Shown here: positions 50,717-59,270 of the stretch, piece by piece
Layout: every line of letters begins with the position of its first letter
How positions within the stretch are numbered: position 1 is the first letter of the stretch
From: Cenarchaeum sp.
Lineage (GTDB): Archaea > Thermoproteota > Nitrososphaeria > Nitrososphaerales > Nitrosopumilaceae
NCBI GenBank assembly: GCA_965242695.1
Contig: CBDESU010000002.1
Span: forward strand, 224,001 to 288,000
Length of the DNA stretch: 64,000 nucleotides
Direction: 5' to 3'
Made by a program: the position numbers and the translations under genes
Notes under the pieces: generated by a model
Told to the model about the DNA's origin: nothing
Seen by the model: only the letters and a program-made list of their open reading frames with translations
The model's database searches: none

Positions 50717-52182
50717 TAGTAAACGAGTTAGGGAATGAGAGTATACGGGGACAAATCTTGGTTGTAGCGGCCAATAGACGGCAATTTTGGCGTCAACGAG
50801 GCAAAAAACCGCCCGAATGTCGCCAAACGAGCAGGGGCCACCAATTTTATGGCGCAGGAACATTTTGGGGTGACACTGCAGGGGAAATCGACCTGAAATT
50901 GGCAGGAAGGTTCGGGGCCGCGGGCCCGCCGCGCGTCCCGCGGCGGCGCGTGTGATGCCAGCGCGCGGATCAGTTGTAGTACGGAGAGTGCACGACCTTT
51001 TTTTCCACCCTGACGGTGCAGCGGCGCGGCCTCGGCCTGTTCTTGTCCCTTGCATACGAGGCGATCGGCACGATCAGGGCGTCGTCGCTCAGCAGAACCT
51101 TGCGCACGCCCTTCTTCAGGGCTTCGGTGTCGGCAAACGCGATGTTGGCAATCGCCTTGCGTATCACGCGCCACTGGATCTCGATCGAGTTGAGCTCGGG
51201 CGTGTACGGCGGCAGGTACACGAGGACCAGGCGGCCGCCGAACTCTTCCTCCAGGCTCTCAATGTTGCCTGCATGGTGGGCCGATGCGTTGTCGAGGATC
51301 GCCATGACCCACTCCCTGCGGGCCAGCTGCTTGCGCAGGAACCACTCGATGGCTTCGCTGTTGATCTTGTCAAAGAACTCTATGTCCAGCTCCCCGTCGT
51401 ACAGGGCGCCGAGCATGTGGGTCCTCTTGCGGGACAGCGTGACGGGCGCAAACCGCGTCTTTCCGGTCGGGTACCAGCCGCGCTGCATGTTCCACCCCGC
51501 GATGAGCGAGGCCGAGTCGATCATGCAAACCGAGCAGCCCTTCCGCCACCCCCTCATGGCGGCGACCCTGCGCTTGAACCTGGCCATTTCCTTCTTGGTG
51601 GCCGCCTTGGGGTGCCGCGGCCGCGGAACCCTGCTGGACAGCCCGATGCGGTGCAGCAACAGCTGCATCCCGCGCACGCCGTAGTCCACCTTGAACTCCC
51701 TCTTGACGACGGGAATCAGACGCCGCGCCGTCCACGCGTCGCCCGAATAGCCGTGCTTGGCGGGGCCCTCCTCGACTATCTCGTACAGCTTCCTGCACTG
51801 GTCGTCGTCAAGGCGGCACCTTGCGCCCTGCCTCTTCTTGAGGTCTAGGGCTGAGGGGCCCTCGCGCGCAACGGCCAGCAGCCAACGGTGCACGGTCGAG
51901 TATGGTACCTCTAGCTCGGCCGCAATGGCCGGAATCTCCATGCCCTTCTTGCGTTTTATGCATGCCTTGATGCGGTCTGCCTTTGTCCTGTTGGTTTCCT
52001 TCTTGAGCATCTTCTTTAGCTTGCCCACGGGATAGTTGATCAAAAGCTTTCCGCCCTTGGGTATCTCCTTACTTATTCTCATTGCCCGGCAGCGATCTAC
52101 ACCGTGTTTTTAATGTATGCCGCCCCGGCAGGCCACGGCCACCTGCCCCCCTGCATTCTCTCATCTTTAGACTCGTTTACTA
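50717..52182 (-). mobile_element. IS630-family insertion sequence nested in the IS66 transposase
   Basis: Ends TAGTAAACGAGT / ACTCGTTTACTA. The IS66 frame GLPDEGAY|GKNV resumes across it. Confidence 0.9.
50970..52082 (-). CDS. IS630-family transposase (370 aa, uninterrupted)
   Basis: HTH (IAAELEVPYSTVHRWL), WTARRL, LLHRIGLS..PRP, and DDE motifs MIDSAS, ILDNASAH, LPPYTPELNSIE. Confidence 0.92.
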   Translation of the reverse strand: MRISKEIPKGGKLLINYPVGKLKKMLKKETNRTKADRIKACIKRKKGMEIPAIAAELEVPYSTVHRWLLAVAREGPSALDLKKRQGARCRLDDDQCRKLYEIVEEGPAKHGYSGDAWTARRLIPVVKREFKVDYGVRGMQLLLHRIGLSSRVPRPRHPKAATKKEMARFKRRVAAMRGWRKGCSVCMIDSASLIAGWNMQRGWYPTGKTRFAPVTLSRKRTHMLGALYDGELDIEFFDKINSEAIEWFLRKQLARREWVMAILDNASAHHAGNIESLEEEFGGRLVLVYLPPYTPELNSIEIQWRVIRKAIANIAFADTEALKKGVRKVLLSDDALIVPIASYARDKNRPRPRRCTVRVEKKVVHSPYYN

Positions 52183-52814
52183 CGTACGCGCCCTCGTCGG
52201 GGAGGCCCGTCTCGGGAGTAAAGCCCTTCAGCCCGCACTTCTTGCAGTCGTACTCGCCGATGGTGTGCTGCGTGGTGACTTCCTTGGGCGGGGGAGGCGT
52301 CTCCGTGATGTTTCGGGTGTGCTCACCCGTCCTCTCGATCTCTTCGCTCTTGCACCTGCGGCAGTTCTTCGCCGCGTGCTCCTTGAACTCGGTCGGCTTT
52401 GGCTTCCGGGTGGTTCCCTTGTGGCCCTTTTGCCCGCCTGGGCGCCTCGCGGTCGTGTCCGCCGCCTTTTTGGCGCGGGCGGACCGCTTCTTGCGCGCCT
52501 TCTCTGCCTTTCCAGACAGGGTGTTGTGCGAGGGGGGGCGTATGCGGCCCGCCGTCGTGCGCGTTTGCGCGCTTGAGGGCCTCGATCTCGGCATCCTTGC
52601 GCTCGTTGTCGGCCCTGAGGGCCTCGATCTCGGCATCCTTGCGCTCGTTGTCGGCCCTGAGGGCCTCGATCTCGGCATCCTTGCGCTCGTTGTCGGCCCT
52701 GAGGGCCTCGATCTCTGCCCTCAGGGCCTCGATCTCGGCGGCGGCAGGGTGATCGGCCCGCTTCCCATGATCGGGCTTTTCGACCAAGATCGCTTCGCAC
52801 GCTGTCTTGCGCAT
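52183..52814 (-). pseudogene. IS66 transposase N-terminal part
   Basis: Coiled coil (EIEALRADNERKDA)n, frameshift at a C7 run (plus-strand G7, 52532-52538), then RRPGGQKGHKGTTR, CRRC, CKKCG. Confidence 0.8.
52574..52715. repeat. 42-bp coding tandem repeat x3 plus partial
   Basis: Unit tgagggcctcgatctcggcatccttgcgctcgttgtcggccc. Confidence 0.9.
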
Positions 52815-53302
52815 GCCGCCTATGCCCCCATACGGTACTTCATCCCCGTTGTGAAGAAAAATCGACCAAAGGGCCAACCAGATCTACACTTGGCACGTCA
52901 TTTGACGCCTGTAGACCGCCCCGATCACCTGATCACTTACCAAAAAAGTGGCCGTCGTTTGAGCGGGAACATGCGATTGCCAGGCAGATCGAGGACAAGG
53001 GCGGCTACATACTGCCGGTTACGATGGACGGCACCAGGGTGCCCGGCCTGCCCACGACAGTATTCTACGAGGATGCCCGCAAAAGGTCCCCGCAGGAGAT
53101 TGCAGAGGCGTTCGTGCGCCGCCTCCGCCCTGGCCCCGATGCCGACTAGTGCGGCGCGGTCGGGCGGCATGCAGGATCAGCCCGCAAGTCGACCCGGATC
53201 AAGCCCGGCGGGCCACTACCCGGCCGTCGGGGCACGTCTCACGCGGGGCGCCGGCGCAAGCCGGGCGCGCAACCCGCCCGAATGCCGCATCCCGCAGCCC
53301 CC

Positions 53303-56300
53303 TCACCCGCCGGTAAGCACGCGCACCGAGCTCTGCGTCGAGGGATCGCCGCGCACCCCGACGCGCACCTCGTACTCCGAGTAGGGATCGAGGCCATCGA
53401 TCCTGTGGCTCGTCCCGCTTGCTGCGTGCACCTCCCAGCCGTCGTCCCCGTCGGATCCCGAGACGGGCACAACGGCCACATCGTACGCACGGGCGCCGCC
53501 GAGCCCGTCCCACCCCAGCGAGACCGACGTGCCGTCTATGATCTTTTCGGTGATCGCAACCCTCGTCCCGTTCGAGAACATCATCGCAAACATCTCGTCG
53601 ACCGTCAGCGAGTTGCGCGGCGGCGCGGGCGCGGAGCCTGCCGAGCCCGATACCGCGCCCGACGATGGCGGCGCCGACTCGGCCGGCCTTGCAACGGAGA
53701 TGTCGACGTTGTCCAGGTAGAATTGCTTGTGGTGCTGCATCCTCCAGCCGTCGTGCGTGAATACGAACACCTCGCACGGGCACGCCAACGCCGAAGCCCC
53801 CTCGGCGTACACGGTCGCGCTCCTCCACCCGCTGTCCTCCTGGCCCGGTATCCTTTCGTTGGCGTAGATCAGCTCGCTGGCAAGGGCGCGCCCCTCCGAG
53901 TCGCTCACAGCCACGTACAGGTTGTTCGATCCCCCGCCGGTCCTGTATATGGTGGCCAGCGTGCGGTAGTCGAGGTCGATGCGCATGTCGCCGCCGCCGT
54001 GCCCCGCCGGAACGTCCACGCTCTTGGCCGCCCCCGCGTTGCCGAACCAGCACTTCGAGTTGACGTAGTCTAGGTGCGCCGAGCCTCCGCGCTCGGCCGA
54101 GCGCGACAGCCCGTACTGGACGCTGCCGGCCCAGCCCTGGCCGCAGTGCGCGGCCATGTTGCGGGTGTCGACGACGTGCTTGTACGCCCACCCGTCGAGC
54201 GACGACGAGAACGCGCTCGTCGGAACGGCGTGCACCGATGCGTTGCGGACGGTCAGCGCAAACGTCCTGTTCGCCGACGCGCCGTGCGAATCGGTCGCCG
54301 CGACCGTGACCGAGTACAGGCCCGACTGCGACTCGCCGGGCACCCACTCGAGTGCCCCGTCCCCGGACACGGCAAGGCCGGGCGCGGACGGGACGGCCGA
54401 GGCTTCCACCGACAGGCGGTCGCCGTTGGGGTCGGACGCCCGAGCATCGTGCCGCAGCCTGTTCGTCTCCGTCACCGCCATGTCGGGGATCGGCCGAATG
54501 CGCGGCGGCAGGTTCGGCGCCGCCGCCTCGATGCCGACGACCTGCAGGCCGTCGTCGTAGAGCGACGTGACCAGGGCGTACAGCGCGGGCCCAATCACCG
54601 CCGTCGCCACGCCGTTGGGCGTGTACAGCTCGTCGAACCCGCCGGCGCCGTCGGCCAGGGCCGCCACCGGGGCCGGCGAGGCCGGGTCCGTAATGTTGAC
54701 TATCTGAACTCCTCCGTCCGGGTGCACCGCCGCATACCAGCGCGAGCTGGTCGCAAAGTCCGGCGCCGCCACGACGGCGTACGTGTTCGAGCCGATGCCC
54801 GCTATCGCCACGTCGCTTGCGCCGTTGAGCTTTGCAAAGCCGGCCGCGCCGTCGGTCGCAGACGAGACGGGAACCGGCAGGGCGGGGTTTGTAATGTTGA
54901 TCACCTGGATGCCGCTGTCCCGCGTCGATGCGACGACGGCGTACGTAGAGCGGCCGATCTCGGCGACTGCCACCCCCGAGGCTCCTGCCAGCTCGTCAAA
55001 GCCGGCCGCGCCGTCGGTCGCAGACGAGACGGCCGCCGGGCGGGCGGGATCCGTAATGTTGATTATCTGCACCCCGTCGTCCGACGACGAGGCGACGACG
55101 GCGTACGTATTCCCGCCGATGCCGGCGACTGCCACCCCCGAGGCTCCTGCCAGCTCGTCAAAGCCGGCCGCGCCGTCGGTCGCAGACGAGACGAGGGACG
55201 GCCGTTCGGGGTCGGTGACGTTTGCGATGTAGACGCCCCCGGTCCACGGCATCGCGGCTATCACGTACGCCGACCCGGCGCCCTCGAACGCGGCGATTCC
55301 TCCGTCCTGGCCGGGGCCCGACGTGTAGCCGCTCCCCCCCACCGCCAGCGACGAGGCAGGGGACGGGAGGGCGGGGTTTGTAATGTTGATCACCTGGATG
55401 CCCCTGTCGCGGGGAGAGACGGCTACTGCGAACGTGCCCGTGCCGTTCCCGGCGGCCGGCACGACCGCGACGTCCATCGCCCCGGCGAGCCTGTCAAAGC
55501 CGCCCCGCCCGTCGCTGATCCACGAGACGTGCTCGGGGCGGTACGGGTCGGTGACGTTGACGATCTGGACGCCGTCGTAGTTCCACCACTCGGGGCGCGA
55601 AAACGCCACCACGGCGTACGTCGAGCCGTCCACCTCTGCCGTGTCGATCCCGCGCGGGCTGGCCATCATCCCGCCCTGCACGCGAGCCGAAAGCGACGAC
55701 ACCGGCACGGGGCTCGACGGGCCGTGCAGTATGGAAGGGAGCGCAACGGCAATGTTGAACGATGCAACCCGCCTGTTGCCGCTCTCGTCGACCGCCTCGC
55801 ACGACACGGCGGTCGCGCCGTACCCGAGATCGGTGCCCGGCGGGGGCGTGCACTCTACGGGAACGCCCCGCCCCAGGTCGGTCGCCGTAGGCGGGGCGTA
55901 GTCCGCGACTGCCGGCGCGCCGCCCCGCAGCCGGTGCAGCGCAATGTCGCCGGGGACTCCCCCGATCGCCGGCGGGATCGTATCGGACACTGCAATCCGC
56001 TGCGATGCGCCCGCGCTGTTGCCCGACGAGTCGGCCGCGCTGTACAGCACGACTGTGGTCCCTATACGATACAGGCCGCTTGACGACCTGTTGTGCGCAA
56101 GGGACGGGGACGGATCGTAGTTGTCGGCGACCAGAACCGGCTCCAGTACGACGGGGGTGCCTTCATAGTGCGCCGCCTCTGCGGCCCTGTCTGCAGTCCC
56201 GTTGGCGATCACGGGCGGCATGACGTCGTCGACGCGTATTCTGACCGGCGCGGAGTCGGACAGGCCGTGAGCCGTCGCAGTCAGCACGGCCGTAAAGTTT

Positions 56301-58498
56301 CCGGCTCCGGCCTGCGCGGCCCGCGCCTTGACTATCCCCCTGCCGTCCCCGACGTCGTCTAGTGTGACCCACACCGACTCGGCCCTGCCGGCGCCGTCTG
56401 GCAGGAGCCCGGCCGAGCCGTTCGGGGTGATCGTACTCCCCCGCACGTCGTCCACGGGCGAGAACGCAAGCGAGAGCGAGACGGCATCGCCGTCGGGATC
56501 CGAGGCGCCGACAATGGCGGCCCCTGCGCGGCCCTCGCCGATGCGCATGCCCTGCACGGCCCCCACAACGGGGGGCGAGTCGGAGCGGAACACTATATCG
56601 TCGACAACGGCTGAATGGTTCTGCGACGGGGAGTGGGCGACGAGCCTCAGGTAGGCGCTGTCCCCTTCCACCCGCACGGCATCGACAGCGGCCTCGCGCC
56701 ATCCCGCAACCGAGCCGTTGTACGAGGCGGCCGTGGCCCAGGACGAGCCGTCGGCCGAGTGCTGCACGTCCAGAACCGACAGCGGGCCGCCGGCAAGCGA
56801 AAAGTTGAACGTGGTGCGGACGTATGCGGACGCGTTCACGGCCGCAATGGCCGTGGCCTCGCAGCCCCTGTCCGCGCCGCACCCGGACGAGGCGAGTGCT
56901 GCCGAGTCGTCGTGCCCTGCCGCCGGCGCTGCGCGCCAGTTGCCGCCGCCGGACATTATCCAAGAGCCGGCCCCGCCTTCAAACCCGTCGGCGAACCTGG
57001 CCGCACTCCCGTTCGCCGCCTCTGCAAGCAGCAGCGACCGCACCGTCTCTAGGCCGTTGAGGACCATGATGCTCTCGAGCCGCGGATGCCCGCCGGCCCT
57101 CCAGTCCGCGGCAAAGCCGCCGAACGACGCTGCCGTATACGCCTCGCCCGGCCCCCTTGCGCCGTGCAGCGTACTCCATATTCCCGCCGTCGCGTTGCCC
57201 ACCGTGTCGCCGGCCTCGCCTCCGGCCCCGTCGTGGATGTCCCACAGTGCAGCTGCGACCTGGCCGGCCGAGCCGCCTGCAAAGCTCGACCCTGCAGACG
57301 AGCCGCGCAGCCGCCACTTTGCCGGCTCTAGGTCAAGGGGGTACCGCTGGTCGTGGTATCTGGCCAGCGAGTCGCCCAGCGCGAGCGACGGGAAAAAGTA
57401 GGCCCAGCCGTCCGCCCAGGCGCATGCGTCCGACGCGGCCCGTATGATCCCCGCCGTGCACTGGCCGCCTCCCGGGTAGGCCGAGCCGGCCGCCGCGTAC
57501 GCCGTGCGCATCACGTGGTGGCCGTACTCGTGCAGTATGGACGCCGGGTACGCCTCGGCCCCGTGGCTCGCCCCGCGCTTCACATTCGACGCCACTGTCA
57601 TGTTCATGCCGGATGGGTCGTATGAGCTCGGCGCGGCCGAGCGGGGGTCGTTTAGCCACCTCACATGGACATGCGGCGTGTCGCGGCCGGTCGCGTTGCG
57701 TACCGTCTCCCAGCCGAGCGAGACCGAGTCGAGTATCCAGAGCGCCTTGCGAATGTCCTTCGTTGCGCCCATGTCCGCGTTGCCGAGCCGCGTAATGTAG
57801 CCGTCCAGGTCGTCGGTGGCGTTGACCTGCATATGGTACGCCCTGCCCGCCCCGTCGATGACCGTCCCGCGCGGGTTGACGGCCGAGACGTTCAGCCACA
57901 GGCGGACGGGATCGCCGTAGTCGTTGTCAATGAAGATGTGGCCGCCAAAGTACCCGTCGCTTCCCGTAACCTGGCAGGCCGGCTCGTCGGTGATCGCATG
58001 CCTGAGGGTCTCGAGCTCGCCCTGCTGCGCGCGGTCGGCCAGGCAGACGGTCGCGCCGGGCTGGGCGCGGATCGATCCGTCGGGCTGGGCGGCGCGCAGC
58101 CAGCCGTACGCGAACGTCTCGCCGTCGTATATGTCGGCGGGATCTGGAAGGCTGGGCGAGGAGCTGCCCGAGACGGCAGGAGGCGGGCCGCCGGGCTGGG
58201 GCTGCGCCGATCCAGTGCGCGCCGCCAGCGAGGGATGCTCGGCGAGCAGCAGGTCGCGGTACCCCTGCGGCAAGAACCCGGCGTTGTCGGCCAGCCACTG
58301 CGATGCGTCCGCCGAGGGCGGGATCACCCTCTCAAGGTACGGCGCCAGCTGGTCCATGGGCGGAACGCGGGCGTCGGCATGCGGCCTCTCGCCGCCTTCC
58401 TCCTGCGCATGCGAGGCGGCAAGGGGCGCCGGGGCGCCAAGGGCGAGGGCGAGCAGTGCGACAATGACCGGGACGGCATGCAGGGCGCTGGCGTGCAA
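53303..58498 (-). CDS. giant secreted protein, paralogue 2 (1731 aa)
   Basis: Collinear with 34410-39575 over its full length. Homologous TTG start and TTAATA box, so the track's extension to 59008 is not used. Confidence 0.88.
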   Translation of the reverse strand: MHASALHAVPVIVALLALALGAPAPLAASHAQEEGGERPHADARVPPMDQLAPYLERVIPPSADASQWLADNAGFLPQGYRDLLLAEHPSLAARTGSAQPQPGGPPPAVSGSSSPSLPDPADIYDGETFAYGWLRAAQPDGSIRAQPGATVCLADRAQQGELETLRHAITDEPACQVTGSDGYFGGHIFIDNDYGDPVRLWLNVSAVNPRGTVIDGAGRAYHMQVNATDDLDGYITRLGNADMGATKDIRKALWILDSVSLGWETVRNATGRDTPHVHVRWLNDPRSAAPSSYDPSGMNMTVASNVKRGASHGAEAYPASILHEYGHHVMRTAYAAAGSAYPGGGQCTAGIIRAASDACAWADGWAYFFPSLALGDSLARYHDQRYPLDLEPAKWRLRGSSAGSSFAGGSAGQVAAALWDIHDGAGGEAGDTVGNATAGIWSTLHGARGPGEAYTAASFGGFAADWRAGGHPRLESIMVLNGLETVRSLLLAEAANGSAARFADGFEGGAGSWIMSGGGNWRAAPAAGHDDSAALASSGCGADRGCEATAIAAVNASAYVRTTFNFSLAGGPLSVLDVQHSADGSSWATAASYNGSVAGWREAAVDAVRVEGDSAYLRLVAHSPSQNHSAVVDDIVFRSDSPPVVGAVQGMRIGEGRAGAAIVGASDPDGDAVSLSLAFSPVDDVRGSTITPNGSAGLLPDGAGRAESVWVTLDDVGDGRGIVKARAAQAGAGNFTAVLTATAHGLSDSAPVRIRVDDVMPPVIANGTADRAAEAAHYEGTPVVLEPVLVADNYDPSPSLAHNRSSSGLYRIGTTVVLYSAADSSGNSAGASQRIAVSDTIPPAIGGVPGDIALHRLRGGAPAVADYAPPTATDLGRGVPVECTPPPGTDLGYGATAVSCEAVDESGNRRVASFNIAVALPSILHGPSSPVPVSSLSARVQGGMMASPRGIDTAEVDGSTYAVVAFSRPEWWNYDGVQIVNVTDPYRPEHVSWISDGRGGFDRLAGAMDVAVVPAAGNGTGTFAVAVSPRDRGIQVINITNPALPSPASSLAVGGSGYTSGPGQDGGIAAFEGAGSAYVIAAMPWTGGVYIANVTDPERPSLVSSATDGAAGFDELAGASGVAVAGIGGNTYAVVASSSDDGVQIINITDPARPAAVSSATDGAAGFDELAGASGVAVAEIGRSTYAVVASTRDSGIQVINITNPALPVPVSSATDGAAGFAKLNGASDVAIAGIGSNTYAVVAAPDFATSSRWYAAVHPDGGVQIVNITDPASPAPVAALADGAGGFDELYTPNGVATAVIGPALYALVTSLYDDGLQVVGIEAAAPNLPPRIRPIPDMAVTETNRLRHDARASDPNGDRLSVEASAVPSAPGLAVSGDGALEWVPGESQSGLYSVTVAATDSHGASANRTFALTVRNASVHAVPTSAFSSSLDGWAYKHVVDTRNMAAHCGQGWAGSVQYGLSRSAERGGSAHLDYVNSKCWFGNAGAAKSVDVPAGHGGGDMRIDLDYRTLATIYRTGGGSNNLYVAVSDSEGRALASELIYANERIPGQEDSGWRSATVYAEGASALACPCEVFVFTHDGWRMQHHKQFYLDNVDISVARPAESAPPSSGAVSGSAGSAPAPPRNSLTVDEMFAMMFSNGTRVAITEKIIDGTSVSLGWDGLGGARAYDVAVVPVSGSDGDDGWEVHAASGTSHRIDGLDPYSEYEVRVGVRGDPSTQSSVRVLTGG

Positions 58499-58949
58499 CG
58501 GACGCTCCGCCGTGCGGCCTGTATTAAGAGATCCGGGAGGGCAGCTCGCCGGCGCGATCGGCCGGCACTGGCTTGCGCGCCTCGCGTACAACGCGGCGCG
58601 TGCGCGCAGCGTGCGGCCGTGTGCGCAGGGGTGTGCGTACGCGGCAAGGAATCCCGGATCGGAGCCGGTCGCAGGTGCCGCGGCAGGCCGATCAACGCGT
58701 GCGCAAACATCATGCGCCTCGGGTTTGGCCGCCCGGGGAGGAGGGCCAGGCGGCGGCGGATTGCCGCGTCTGGCGGCCGTGGGAAGAGGAGAGCAATCAG
58801 CAGGGCGGCCAACGGAGCCTACCGGGCGGCGGCACAGCCGGCGCCGATGCCGCGCGGCAAGAACGCCGATGCGATCGGGCGCGATCATCCCTGCCATCTG
58901 AACTCCCCCCTCGGTGACCCTCCACATAGGGCTACTTTTTGTACAACAG

Positions 58950-59230
58950 ACGATGCCGCGGCAAGGCGCAAGCGTGCAACAAGAGAGCGAAGAGCTGCCT
59001 GCACGCATACGCTCGGACGCGGCTGATGCGGATCCCCCTCGCCGTCATATTGTACAGGCGGACGGAGGCATGGGTTGTGAGGCGACATAGCCTGCGCATT
59101 CGGGGAGGATGTCGAGGGCGGCGGCGTGCCGTGCAGCTCTTGTCAGCCTCTCCAAGCCGTGTAGCGCCCTCCCCTCCGCTCTGTGCGCGCCGTATTACCT
59201 CCACAGGCCGCCAATCCACGGATTCCAAGC
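58950..59230. repeat. intergenic repeat shared with ~27915-28200, ~33780-34040 and ~39677-39707
   Basis: Shared strings gccgcggcaag.cgcaa, aagag..cgaagagctgcc.gcacgca..gctcggacgcggctgatgc, ctccaagcc and caggccgcca.tccacggattccaagc. Confidence 0.65.
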
Positions 59231-59270
59231 CAGCACGTCGTTTTTATGGCAGGGCCCTTGGCGCGGGTTC

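Larger units (their letters stand above)
49829..52940 (-). mobile_element. compact IS66-family element (single-ORF, ISBst12-like), interrupted by IS630
   Basis: 18-bp perfect IRs GTAAGTGATCAGGTGATC (49829-49846 / 52923-52940) with the GTAA terminus typical of IS66. Flanks gattattc / caaaaaag do not match, so no target duplication. Confidence 0.88.

Noticed and set aside
52532-52538. Programmed frameshift in the IS66 transposase
   Set aside because: The gene also has an in-frame stop and an IS630 insertion, so decay or a homopolymer error is simpler.
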